From Octopus vulgaris (lineage: Eukaryota): a stretch of 64,000 nt of DNA. This document shows, piece after piece, positions 1 to 12,504 of this stretch. The position numbers and the translations under genes are program-made. How positions within the stretch are numbered: position 1 is the stretch's first letter; the number at the start of each line of letters is the position of its first letter. Under the pieces are notes generated by a model. It did no database searches. It was not told the DNA's origin and saw only the letters and a list, made by a program, of their open reading frames with translations. The DNA lies in contig OX597817.1 of NCBI GenBank assembly GCA_951406725.2, forward strand, positions 147,312,001-147,376,000, given 5' to 3'.

Positions 1-378
1 CACATTGTGGAAGAATGCCCGAAAAATATTAAAAAATGTAAGAACATAAGAAATAGAGACATGACCAAGTTGTAACAGTTTTAAACTGGAAACAGTGCCG
101 AAAATGAGGATTTGGAGGTGGAAACACATGGCGCAATCATCGAATCGAAAGAGTACCTGAGTCGGAGAAATGTAAGATTTTGTTGGACTTTCCTATTCAA
201 ACGGACAAGAAGTTAGAAAATAATAGACAACATATAACGATTATTGATAAGGAAAGGCAAAGCTGCTTACTTATCGACCAATAATGCCCATTTGATTCTA
301 GGATCATAAAGAAAGAGAAAGAAAAGCAAAGAAAATACAATCCGTTAAAGTTTGAAATAGGTAGAATTTGGAGCATGC
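1..378 (+). mobile_element. Degenerate R4/Dong-type non-LTR retrotransposon C-terminal fragment (CCHC knuckle end plus restriction-like endonuclease)
   Basis: Manual translation across stops and frameshifts gives HIVEECP...RHDQV...KILLDFPIQTDKKLENNRQHITIIDKERQSCLLID..CPFDSRIIKKEKEKQRKYNPLKFEIGRIWSM. This is the typical RHD / PD-(D/E)xK REL layout of R4-clade elements. Confidence 0.8.
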
Positions 379-1255
379 ACTTCAGCTATCATCTCGGACG
401 GGCAATGCCGGCAACAAGAGTTCCACTGCGGATTTCTATAGCGGGATAGTGGGATCGAAGTCCGATGACGCCTTGGGGGATAACTTGGGTACGATGAAAG
501 TCAGTTGATCAACCTTTTCAGAAGAACGTTTGGGCCGGGGTACCTGGATAATTACCAGAAATCCCTGGCTTGGCAGTTCTTCCGTGCGGCGTTACCAGTT
601 CGTGATAAACTGTCAAGGCACGGAAGTGCCGTCTCACCAACATGCCCAAGGTGCGAGCAGGATAAAGAAACCGTCTTGCACGCATTCGTGGAATGTCCGG
701 AATTATCGGGACTGATAGTTTTTACAGAACAACTGTCATCGATGGGAAGACTACAGCTATGAGCTGAGTCCTTCATCGAGATTGTACCGCCTCCTTCTCT
801 TAGCGGGAAGAGGAAGGCCTGTTTTTTTCTGCGTTGTGGCCATATTGAAAAAAACAGTATGGAAGATGCGGTTGAAAGGAATTGTGATGGGTACCTTCGT
901 ATCTGGCCAGGCGATAGTCAACCTTTTTAGTAACCATCTCAGCAGTAAAATCAGGCTGGAGAAGAGGTACCTGCCACGTGAAAGATTCAGAAAAAGATGG
1001 AAGCTTGCGAAGGGAAAGCTGGGAGTAACTGGCACCAAGTGAGCGGAGCCACGGAAAGAAAGCAAAGGGTCTGCTCTGGTGTAGGATGCCTTTCACTCAT
1101 GTTAAACATTGCTTAGGGCAATGTATTCATTTTAAATCTCATCTGTATGATAATCATTGTTAATTTTTAATCGTTTAAAGCTACTTCACCCTTTTTATGT
1201 TTGTCCTTGTCCGTCCCCTCTATGTATTGCCTTATGGCAAATATTATGAAATAAA
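379..1255 (+). mobile_element. 3' end of an L1/Tx1-clade LINE (zf-RVT domain, frameshifted, plus 3' UTR)
   Basis: ORF 505-762 contains W..F...LPVRDKL.RHG....PTCPRCEQDKETVLHAFVECP (zf-RVT pattern). It continues in frame 782-1042 (KKTVWKMR) and is followed by a T-rich UTR ending in AATAAA near 1250. Confidence 0.8.
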
Positions 1256-1702
1256 GTAGCTTGCTTATCAACCACATGGTTCCGGATTCAATCCCACTGC
1301 GTGGCACCTTGGGCATGTGTCTTCTACTTTAGCTTCGGGCCGACCAGAGCCTTGTGAGTGGATTTGGTAGACGAAAACTGAAAGAAGCCTGTCGTATATA
1401 TATATGTATGTGTGTGTGTGTGTGTTTGTATGTGTGTGAGTGTGTGTGTGTGAGTGTGTGTGTGTGTGTGTGCGTGCGTGTGTATTTGTGTGTCTGTGTT
1501 TGTCCCCCCACAATCGTTTGACAATCGGACAATCTATGTTGCTTTGTTTATGTCCCCGTAGCATAGCGGTTAGGCAAAGACACCGATAAAATAAGTACTA
1601 GGCTTACAAATAATAAGTCCTGGGGTCGATTTGTTCGACTAAAAGGCGGTGTTCCAGCATGGCTGCAGTCAAATGACTGAAGCAAATAAAAGAGTAAAAG
1701 AA
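1256..1702 (+). mobile_element. SINE-A copy (tRNA-derived head, CORE-like segment, internal microsatellite, CR1-derived tail); 5' end slightly truncated
   Basis: B-box-like GGATTCAATCC, CORE-like ACCTTGGGCATGTGTCTT, internal (TA)/(TG)n, tail GGCGGTGTTCCAGCATGGCTGCAGTCAAATGACTGAA. More than 10 homologous copies occur in the window. Confidence 0.9.
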
Positions 1703-2079
1703 ATGAACGTAGACACAAACGTCCAATCACCAACGACGATGGCCAACATTAATCGTTCACCGAAAATTTCGCATCATACTTTCGATAAAATGAACTCACA
1801 TTCACACATAATAGTCTAACATGCATGCATGCACGCTAACTCACACGTTGAAACACACTCGTCCACATACATGCCAACAAAACCATATAATTGTGACTTT
1901 GTACATACGCGTTCACAATCCACCGCTTGTTGATCTGTGTCCCGTCATACTATCAATTGGATCCGTGAAACGGAATTCCCCTTATCGGGTTTTGCTATCT
2001 ATAAACATATACACTCTACATGACCGAGTATTCAGTCATTATTTAAGTCCTACCACATCTATATTACATATATTATATA

Positions 2080-2277
2080 GGGAGAGTTTACGAAAAAAAC
2101 AAAAGACGAAGACACGTGATGTACAAAACAAACAGATGTATTAGTATAACGCCCAGGAATAGAAAAAAGTCTTTTACATTTCGAGCCTACGCTCTTCTGC
2201 AGAAAGGGACACAGAAAAAAAACAAGGAGAGAAACAAAGAGAGAAAAAATGCATGTAGTGGCTAACGATTTATCATG
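2080..2277 (-). mobile_element. Short Penelope-pLTR-like repeat with minimal hammerhead motif (family H1)
   Basis: Homologous to 3400-3490 (+) and 48030-48165 (-). Minus strand reads CTTT-CTGCAGA-AGAGC-GTAG-GCTC-GAAATGTA-AAAG at 2171-2206. Confidence 0.65.
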
Positions 2278-2888
2278 TACCTCACTATATACACTTTATT
2301 ATTCCCTTTTAATATCTTTTGTAATGTACGGCAAATTTCTGCTATTGGTGGTAGTGTCTCACTGGTAAAAATAAATAGAAGTATCCTAAAAATTGTTAGA
2401 GACAGTGTAAAATATATTAGAAAATAGTTTTTTTTTTACCATAGATTGACAGTATCCTAAATTATTGATCAAAGACAATAAGCTCTACATGGAAACAAAT
2501 GCCGGAACGAATCCATAATTCCCATGTCTTGTGTAATTGGATTGCACTGAGTTGCACTGTGATGCCGCGAAATCGAAGAATTTCAACGTGGAAAAACAAA
2601 CAACCAAAAGAGCAAAGCCAAAACGACAGGTCAATCAGTTTCTTCTGAGATTTTTTTATGAGAATGTTCTTTTGGTGCATAAAAGTATACACTGACCGTA
2701 TCGACATGTGGAATGTGTTTCACAGTATTTGAAAGAGCTAATTAAATTTTAATAGATAGCAGTTTTAGAAATATAATAAGTACAAATGCTTATATATAAA
2801 AAAAAATAAACTGTTCTCGAGCTTTTCATGACGCTTAGAAACATAAATATAGGATGTAAACAGATTGGAATATACATGAATATAAATA

Positions 2889-3120
2889 TATTTCTTTGCT
2901 ACCCACAAGGGGCTAAACACAGAGAGGACAAACAAGAACAGACAAACGGATTAAGTCGATTACATCGACCCCAGTGCGTAACTGGTACTTAATTTATCGA
3001 CCCCGAAAGGATGAAAGGCAAAGTCGACCTCGGCGGAATTTGAACCCAGAACGTAACGGCAGACGAAATACGGCTACGCATCTGGCCCAGCGTGCTAACG
3101 TTTCTGCCAGCTCACCGCCT
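2889..3120 (-). mobile_element. SINE-B copy (tRNA-like head, Meta/MESC-like central domain) with 18-bp TSD
   Basis: TSD TATACATGAATATAAATA at 2871-2888 and 3121-3138. Central domain GTCGACTTTGCCTTTCATCCTTTCGGGGTCGATAAATTAAGTACCAG lies on the minus strand. Confidence 0.92.
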
Positions 3121-3399
3121 TATACATGAATATAAATAAATGGGTGCATCGAGGAATCTGATGAAACTGATGGTTGACAAATATAGTTAGAGACATTTCG
3201 TGTAAAAAATTAGAAAACGACCTACTGGAATGTAATAGAGCGAGGATTTCTAATGCATTTTATCGCTATTAAACACTGATTATAATTATTTAAAATTGAA
3301 GCCAGAGTAAACTTGTGATCGTATGCGACATTAGTCAAACTGATTTAGAAAATGTACAAAGTTGGATAGGTTCATATGCAGTCGGATGTCTCCGACACA

Positions 3400-3490
3400 C
3401 ATTTTTTTCTCTCCTTGTTTTTTTCTGTGTCCCTTTCTGCAGAAGAGCGTAGGCTCGAAACGTAAAAGACTCTTTCTATTCCTGGGCGTT
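3400..3490 (+). mobile_element. Family H1 pLTR-like fragment with hammerhead motif
   Basis: CTTT-CTGCAGA-AGAGC-GTAG-GCTC-GAA-ACGT-A-AAAG at 3433-3468. Confidence 0.65.
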
Positions 3491-3573
3491 TTAACCTTCT
3501 TGTAATTTTAATATTGTATCATTGTTGTCTCCAAATGATCTTTCAAATTTTATGCATGATAGAACTGAATAAC

Positions 3574-3811
3574 TCTCTTTACTCTTTTACTTGTTTCAGT
3601 CTTTTGACTGTGGCCATGCTGGAGCACCACCTTTGATCGAGCAAATCGACCACAGGACTTATTCTTTGTAAGCCTAGTACTTATTCTATCGGTCTCTTTT
3701 GCCGAATCGCTAAGTTACAGGGAGGTAAACCCACACAGCATCGGTTGTCAAGCGATTTTGGGGAGACAAATACAGACACGCAAACATATACACACACATA
3801 CATATATATAT
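3574..3811 (-). mobile_element. SINE-A 3' half (5' half at 5285-5458), split at its internal microsatellite
   Basis: Reverse complement of the SINE-A tail and body, running up to (CA)/(TA)n. Confidence 0.85.
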
Positions 3812-4175
3812 AAGTTGAATAATGATTGGAAATCCTCTGGGATAATTTATTAGTAGTTGCCCCAACATAGAAGAAGACACCGGTACCGGTGTCTTCTTCT
3901 ATGTTGGGGCAACTTTCCAAGATAAGAGGAAACAACAAAGCACAGGACTAAGTAAATTAGTTTGGCGTCTTAAGGACAGCAATATAACTTTCAAGCTGGA
4001 ATGGTCCATATTGCCTGTATCCTTTCCTTTTGATAAGGGCAGAAAATATTGTGCCGTCTGTAATTCCGAGCTTTACTATATACTCTAAGCCAAATTCCCT
4101 TTAGTAAACACAATGGTAGAGAAATCCTACAGGTGCATGCACTGGCAGAAACACACCTTCAACTCATATGAATGA
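3812..4175 (+). mobile_element. Penelope-like element (PLE) GIY-YIG endonuclease C-terminal fragment with inverted 5' piece
   Basis: Plus strand from 3885 reads TGVFFYVGAT-FQDKRKQQSTGLSKLVWRLKDSNITFKLEWSILPVSFPFDKGRKYCAVCNSELYYIL*...VN....SYRCMHWQKH. Minus strand 3890-3812 reads YVGATTNKLSQRISNHYST. YIG motif, catalytic R and C..C..E/N pattern match PLE endonucleases. Confidence 0.8.
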
Positions 4176-4969
4176 TGGTTAATATAGATAACCTCCTTGA
4201 ATTTAATAATTTGGTTCCACATCTACAACAACACCATAGACAAAATTTTTTTATACTCCGTTAATTGAAGGCCTAGTACCAAATTCGTTGGGGTATGTTC
4301 TACCTTTGTCTCTCTATCTCTCCCCTCTCTCTCTCTCACTCCCTCTCTCTATCATAAGCACAATCAAACACACAGACACAAACCTGTCACTCCACCACTA
4401 GTTGTATTTTGCATTGATCCCCCCACACAAACAATCACAAACACATATACACACACATAGACACGAATACAGTTATATACATACACACACATAGGCACTC
4501 AATCTCATTGGCAAAAGCAAACAACAACGCATCACCATACATACGGCTTGCACTCTGTCACCCCCCCTATTCTTAGTACTTGCCGCTTCCAACCATTCTT
4601 GAACTCTTGAACTTTTTAGAATCTTATCCATCCAACCAATTTTGACGTCACTGCTTATAACGGAATATTTTTCAGAAACACTCATTATTACTATGGACTC
4701 CGCGTGGGCAGTCATCTAAAAGTTTTTGTTTATCTATAGTAAAAAACACACAAATTTCCACACGAAAGCACGTGATTTCTGCCCTTGGCATGTAGCTTCA
4801 ACCGTGCTTTCTGACGTAAATTTGCTACCCGGGTATCGGTTAACCGAATTATCCATACTAGGTTAATTCATTCAACTACTTATATATATATAATAAATAT
4901 TAGGGAATAAATCCAAACTTACAGGGAAAAATCAGATTTAGGATTGAATCCAATTTTATAGTAAAATAT

Positions 4970-5211
4970 TATATTATATTAAATTAGAGACAAAACCACT
5001 ATTATGCAAATCAAACAAAGAAAGACTTAATCCAATACATAAATTAATTTATGTCTACTACTCAAAGATGTGATGAAAAGAAGACATGAAACGATCGTAG
5101 TGGATATTAATAATTGTTAAATTTCTAAATAATATAAATTAATTTATGTATTGGATTAAGTCTGTCTTTGTTTGATTTGCATAATAGTGGTTTTGTCTCT
5201 AATTTAATATA

Positions 5212-5216
<5 letters not shown>
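4970..5216. repeat. Inverted repeat (about 83-bp arms, 1 mismatch) enclosing a degenerate hammerhead motif; PLE inverted-pLTR-like
   Basis: 4970-5052 is the reverse complement of 5134-5216. The loop contains ...GAA-ACGATCGT-A-GTGGA. (TA)n lies on both sides. Confidence 0.85.
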
Positions 5217-5284
<68 letters not shown>

Positions 5285-5286
<2 letters not shown>

Positions 5287-5458
5287 TACGACAGGCTTCT
5301 TTCAATTTCCGTCTACCAAATCCACTCACAAGGCTTTGGTCGGCCCGAGGCTATAGTAGAAAACACTTACCCAAGGTGCCCCGCAGTGGGACTGAACCCG
5401 GAACCATGTGTTTGGTTAGAAAGCTACATACCACACAGCCACTCCTGCGCCTGCGCCT
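5285..5458 (-). mobile_element. SINE-A 5' half
   Basis: Reverse complement of head GGCGCAGGAGTGGCTGTGTGGTA...GGTTCAGTCCC...ACCTTGGGTAAGTG. Confidence 0.9.
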
Positions 5459-5723
5459 AATAAAGGATTATTTGTAAATAAAAATTTCGAAACTAACAAA
5501 TAAAAACCAATAAATATTTAAAGACTAAAAAAACTGTCCATTTGCTGAAAGATATTTTGAAGAGGAACTAGTAAAGGTAATGTAAACAGTAAATATTAAT
5601 AAGGTAATTACTACAAGGTAACTAGTTTGAAGAAACGTAATAAATACATCGCGTATACACAAGAAGTTAAAAGTTGAAAGCTATAAGAACGATTACTCTT
5701 GGAACGAATAAGTTCCCTTGATT

Positions 5724-5851
5724 TTCCGCCGAGGTCGACTTTACCTTTCATCCTTTCGGAGTCGATTAAATAAGTACCAGTTACGCACTGGTTGTCTGTC
5801 CTTGTTTGTCCCCTCTGTGTTTAGCCCCTTGTGGGTAGTAAAGAAATAGAA
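5724..5851 (+). mobile_element. SINE-B 3' fragment with internal deletion
   Basis: CCGCCGAGGTCGACTTTACCTTTCATCC...GCCCCTTGTGGGTAGTAAAGAAATAG. Confidence 0.85.
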
Positions 5852-6149
5852 TAAGATCTCTTGATTTTGACAGCAACGGAATGAAGCTGCCTTTGATTAG
5901 AGTGAAAAAGAAATAGGCCTGGTAAAAATAATCCAAAGCTTTGTTTGAAATAGAAACAAAATTAATGAAAATTCGGTAAAACATCTTGACCCCATCGAAG
6001 TCAGCCCTAGTCTAAATCTCTATGGTCAAAGACGTTCCAGTCATGGTCATCCCTATTTTTGTATATTCCGAATGCGTCCTTCATTTGTAAGGCAGTAGAA
6101 TTTTGAACATCCTTTTCTTATGTATCCTACAATGTCCTCTAAATACAGT

Positions 6150-6383
6150 TTTTTTCTTTACTACCCACAAGGGGCTAAACACAGGGGGGACAAACAAGGG
6201 CAGACAAAGGGATTAAGTCGATTACATCGACCCCAGTGCGAAACTGGTACTTTATTTATCGACCCCAAAAGGATGAAATGCAAAGTCGACCTCGGTGGAA
6301 TTTGAATTCAGAACGTAGCGGCAGACGAAATACCGTCACGCATTTCACCCGGCGTGCTAACGTTTCTGCCAGCTCGCCACCTT
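6150..6383 (-). mobile_element. SINE-B copy with TSD
   Basis: Full-length homologue; ATGTCCTCTAAA is repeated at 6132 and 6384. Confidence 0.9.
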
Positions 6384-7052
6384 ATGTCCTCTAAAGACAT
6401 TTATAGAAGACTTAATCACTCCCAGTGAAAGACTGCCTACATTTGTACAATGATTCTGCGTCTACAGCATTGACTCGTATACATAGAGAATTTGTAGTTA
6501 TGCAAAATAGATCATTGCAAAATTTGAACTCGTTGCTATGCTGGTGACACAAGTCAAATGAATTTTCTATTGGCTGATTGTTGCCTGATAAATTCGCCAA
6601 GTGTAGCTCTCAGAACGTAAACTATATACATTCAGAGAGTTCTTCATTCTTTTCCAAATATCTTCACAAACATAAAATGGATTGAATGTGAGGAAAAATT
6701 TAATATATTTCCATTATTCAGTAATTCTTATGACAATTTCGTTTTAGTGTGCGAGAAATAGAGCATTAGTTGAAGGTCGCGAATAACAAAGAAATTATAG
6801 CATAAATCAATACCTGTAATCAATGAATGGAGCCGAAGATTTTACGAAGAAAATCTCACTGCGCAGAACCTTTTAAAAATGTGTGCCATATTAGACAAAA
6901 GCTTTCTAAACAAACACTGAATTTTCACGTATATGAAATTACATTACAACTACATGTTGGTAATCAGAATACTGCAGAACTTGCTGGTGAATATATAGAG
7001 CTTATTTTGTTAGTAAGTAACATTTTATAAAATTGAAATCAAAGTTTCAGCG

Positions 7053-7118
<66 letters not shown>

Positions 7119-7501
7119 ACAGAGAGCAGGAAATAGAGAGAGAGGAGAGGGATTGGAGGTAGTGGATATCCGTCGTTTGACGAGGGAGATTTTGTTCCTC
7201 TATCAACTGAATAATTTACTCCTCAATTAACGTGCATTTTGAGCATTCCTTGACACGTGTACCGTTAACGTAATACTGGGAGCAGAATCAGCGTGACAAT
7301 CGCTGACAAAGCTCAACCTTTTGCAGTACAGTACAACCTACTTATAGAGATTCAATATGGCTTTCGTCTGCTCATTTTCATTCACAATGTTTGGGTCGAC
7401 CCGAAGTTACACAGTAGATGCCACGCAGTAAGATCAAACCAGAGACTACACTTACAGATATACGATGAATATCAATGTAAAAAATATGCATTGTATATAT
7501 T

Positions 7502-7900
7502 CTTTTCTACTCTAGGTACAAGGCCCGAAATTTTTGGTGAGGGAACCTGTCGATTAGATCGACTCCAGTACACAACTGGTACTTAATTTATCGACCCCGA
7601 AAGGATGAAAGGTAAAGTCGACCTCGGCGGAATTTGAACTCACTACGTAACGACAAACGAAATAATATATATTTCTTTACTACTCACAAGGGACTAAACA
7701 TAGAGTGGACAAACAAGGACAGACAACGGGATAAAGTCGATTACATCGACGCCAGTGCGTAACAGGTACTTAATTTATCGACCCCGAAATGATGAAAGGC
7801 AAAGTCGACCTCTGCAGAATTTGAACGCGGAACGTAGCGACGGAGGAATACCACTAAGAGTTTCACCCGGCGTGCTAACGTTTGTGCCAGCTCGCCGCCT
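7502..7900 (-). mobile_element. Dimeric SINE-B with 17-bp TSD
   Basis: TSD TATGCATTGTATATATT at 7485-7501 and 7901-7917 encloses a headed unit plus a headless unit with the alternative tail. Confidence 0.9.
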
Positions 7901-8639
7901 TATGCATTGTATATATTGGTTCTGCAGCTGTCGGTTGAATCATAACTGAGCTTATGTGATATGACACAGTATCATTCTACCAAATTTGATGACAGTACAA
8001 TCCTTACGAAACATAGAACCGAGAGATATATAACTTTTGTACACAGATAGATTCCACCACGAATCAAGCATCTATCTCAAATCGATCATCATTAAGAAGT
8101 ACAGTAGTAGATCTGCACCACCTTAGAGATGTCAAAGTATCACAGTAGAAATAAATCAACGAAGAGCTGATTTATATCGTAGTTCTAGGAAATAACGCCA
8201 TTTTAAAACCATACAAAGTCAGAATATGTTTATGGATTATAAGAAGGGAGAATGTACCAGAAAAATATAAATTGTTTTTAATATCATAAGAACTTTGTTA
8301 TGTGGAAGAGAAAGAAGCTATTAAATATGTACATTCTGTACAACTTCATTGCTCTTTGATTTAGAATTGAAATTTTTAATCTTGTCATGGTTGATCTAGA
8401 ATTGATTATGTCACCCTTAAAATAGCTAGCCGCCTGGGTATGCTACGTATGCGATAAAGTATATTATATTAATGTGAAAACAGGAGGATAAATGTCCACA
8501 ATTGCAAACAAATGTCAACCATAGAAACGTACCTGGGACAATGGTTTCCTTTGCTGAAGTGGCCAGTAATCAACATCTTGTGATATCCGTTCGCCCAAAG
8601 AGCACCGGATGATGAGAGTCCTCCAAACAGCATCATTCT

Positions 8640-8960
8640 GAGCGAAACCGCATCCTCGTTCCCAGGTAACACCCATTCAGTCAAGTCTTCCTGCACAGTT
8701 TTTTTGCCACGTTACCGCCAGCCTATTTATCTTTCTATTTCCACATTCAACCGTTCATTCTACGATTGTTCTTGTCGGTTTCTTTAACGGCAAACGCAAC
8801 ACATGGCCTAATTGATTCCCAATTTTTTCTGTTTTGCTGTTTACTTGGGCCAGTTCATCTCATGATTTCATCATTTGAGATGATGTCAATCCAGATGATC
8901 TTCACAATATTTCTAAGGTAGTGGCAATGAAAAACATTCACCTGGAAAGTAACCGGAAAA
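8640..8960 (-). mobile_element. Highly degenerate RTE-like LINE C-terminal fossil
   Basis: Minus strand gives FHCHYLRNIVKIIWIDIISNDEI...LGHVLRL...TW, matching the F..RCLR.I..I.W.D.ISN.E / W.GHV.R pattern. Confidence 0.55.
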
Positions 8961-9479
8961 CACCGTATTACTTATAGGAGTAATTTTTTGAACCTACCAA
9001 GAAACTTTGATAGAGAGCATTAACTCGAAATGTGAAGTGATTGTATTTCTGCTTAACGTCACAAAATATTAATGAAATGAGAGAACAATGCTGTACCTGA
9101 ATTAAAACTAAGGAAAGGCATCGATGTAATTGATATAAAATATGTAATTTACCCAACTGTCCACTTTATAACGGAAGAAGTTAGCATTGAAATCGATGAA
9201 CACACAACAATAGAAACAGCGTAGAAGAAAAAACAACAAAAGAACAATAAAAAAAATACCATTGATATCAACAAAGAAAAATATATAGTAATATATGAAA
9301 TTGAAAATAAATGACTTAAAAGAAAAAAGTTATTAAGAAAGAAAATAAATGAACGGTATACAAAAATATAAAAATTGATTTCTTTTAATATCGAAATATT
9401 CAAGAAACAAAAGAGAATTTTAATTAGAAGGTAAATTTGAAAAAGCAGAGAACAAAGAGGTTTGGGAAAAAACAACTTG

Positions 9480-9690
<211 letters not shown>

Positions 9691-10547
9691 TAGCAGCAAC
9701 AAAGGCAACCAAGCAAAATAGAATGTTTTGATAAGATAAAAAGAAAACTATATAATAAATTAAAAAGAAAATTTTGTAGCAAAATTTATGGAAAAAATAT
9801 TTAAGACATCTGGGGGAAGATTTGAGAAAAGAGAGAGTAACTACAAAGCAAAAACAAAATAAACTAATGGTAATGAAAGAAATGACAGACAAAGCATCTC
9901 ATAAACTACAAAACCTCATATTTCAGTGATGAAGGTCCTGATTGGAAAATAAAAATAAAAATGGAGAGACAACTAGAAGCTATTAAAAAATGGGACACTT
10001 TCCAACTACATTTTTACCTAAAGTTAAAATAAAATTTGATATGAAAATACAAAATAAAAATCTACACAGCTCATCTCAGATAATGACTGGAATCGCTAAT
10101 CAACTACAATAATAACAAAAATTAATTAAGGACTTAACACTCTTCCTTCAGGAGCTCAATGGTAATAATTTGTAAGAGATAATAATAATGTGGTGTTTAG
10201 CATAGTTTTTGAAGGGCTGTGGAGGACTGTTGAAAGACATCAGCTGGGTTTCACGGAAAGCTTCACATGGAAATTAAAAGGGGTTCATATGCCCCTAGAG
10301 AACCAGTAAAGTAACCTCTACATTCAAGCTCTACGTACAATAGTAACCAAATCTCCCTGGAAACATGTCATATGTTTCCAAAACAGGAAAGAATTACATA
10401 ATATTGTAATAGAAATATTCAATAGAAAACGAAGTGGTCACGGATGGAATACTGTTAATTGTAGGTATAGCACCATCAGGAATATCCTAATATAAAACAG
10501 AAGCAGCATCACCGACAACAGCATCAACGACTATAATATTTTAACTA

Positions 10548-11037
10548 GACGTAGGAGTGGCTGTGTGGTAAGTAGCTTGCTTACGAACCACATGGTTCCG
10601 GGTTCAGTCCCACTGCATCGCAACATGGGCAAGTGTCTTCTACTATAGCCTCGGGCCGACCAAAGCCTTGTGAATGGATTTGGTAGACGGGACCTGAAAG
10701 AAGCCCGTCGTATTTATGTATATATGTATATGTATGTGTGTGCATATGTATGTGTGTGCATATGTATGTGTGTGCATATCTATGTGTGTGCATATGTATG
10801 TGTGTGCATATGTATGTGTGTGCATATGTTTGTGTGTCTGTGTTTGTTCCCCAACATCGCTTGACAATCGATGCTGGTGTGTTTACGTCCCCGTAGCTTA
10901 GGGGTTCGGCAAAAGAGACCGATATAATAAGTACTAGGCTTACAAAGAATATGTCCTGAGGTCGTTTTGCTCGACTAAAAGCGGTGCTCCAGCATGGCCA
11001 CAGTGAAATAACTGAAACAAGTAAAAGAGTAAAAGAA
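10548..11037 (+). mobile_element. Full-length SINE-A
   Basis: A box TGGCTGTGTGG, B box GGTTCAGTCC, internal (TGTGTGCATATGTA)n minisatellite, tail ending GTAAAAGAGTAAAAGA. Confidence 0.93.
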
Positions 11038-12504
11038 TCAAGGAATCAATAATGTATGTACACAGTTGCTCGTCCTGCTGGAGATATTAGGCAGTGCTTA
11101 CTGAAATAACACCAACTCTCTTTAAGGAAGGACGCGATATCTGTAAGACGATTGAAACGCGTTGAGTCAGAACTGAGATAGGTTTAGACACCAACCACAA
11201 CATCAACAACGTAAAAATATGTAATTAGTGATACAGATGACTATAGACATTACAGGGAATAGTTATAGTAACTTTCTCTATAATATCATAACGCTCAGAA
11301 TAGCACAGCTTTCTCATGCGTCATGGAGTAAATCAATGGATTAAATAAAAAAACAAAAACCATTCACATTGTTTGTATGATTCATGTAGCTAAATAAAAC
11401 ATATTTCAGAAAACAAATGCATCGAGCTTTCTAAGAGATACGAGAGAACACAGTGTTAAAACTTGTAACATCGTGTCACATGGAAACTTAGGTATATGTA
11501 TGGAATCAAAATAGCTTTTTTAAACGTGCTAAAATATGGTTGAAGGATACGAATATGAATAAACTTTGAATGTTCTGCAAAATTCCTCGAACATCGTACC
11601 ATAATCAGATAACTGACAAAAAAATTTACATCAGTTGTATGATGTCGAATAATTTTCAGACAACCGCTCTTTCTGGGCGTCCTGCTGTCATAAATTATCT
11701 CCTACATCTGTAGAATCTATTCTTTAGTGTTCTGCTCGGCAAGAGTAACTTGACATGTTCCAGTCGATTGAGACGACATGAGCAAAATAGTTAGGAGTGG
11801 ATGATGTTATCTAATTAGCTGAGGAGATATGGCCTTAAAAGATGATTACATGGTTGAGAAATTGGTTGGCTGTTCTTATATTTTTACATGTGATGAAATC
11901 ATTCCTGGTTCTTAAATGTGTCTCGTAGCTCCTGTAGCTTTATACACTAATACTGGATTTTTACTCTTATATATCAGCTCATATTTTTAGCCCCACAGCG
12001 CGCAATAAACAAAAGAATCCCCACAAATAAAACACAGCAAAAAAAAAAAAAAGAAGCTGCAACAAAGGTTTAGACAACAACCACAACAACATGCACACAT
12101 GCTGTTAAGGTCTCTTCAAACCACTTTCTGCAATCTCGCTTAATGTACAGAAAAAATGACAATATCTTAGCAATATTTTATATAATATTTCGTTATTCAT
12201 ATTTATTCTTAATGAAGGCTGTTTTGGAGTTAGCTCACAGCAACAACGGTAACAACAATAGCAGGAAAAACGACAATATTAAAAACATAAAAAACATTTG
12301 TTGTAATAGAAATTTCTTAGTAGCATCAACATTCTTACTCTTTGATAGCTGACTATCTCCAATTCTACAGGTAGATGACTAAAACCCATCCCAGGAGATA
12401 ATTAACATGCTCCGCTCCATCAGAAAAATGACAAATTTCACTCAAACAGGTGACCTACTATTAGGGTAGGAAGATCTCAACAGATACATAGTTCTGTGAA
12501 ATTT

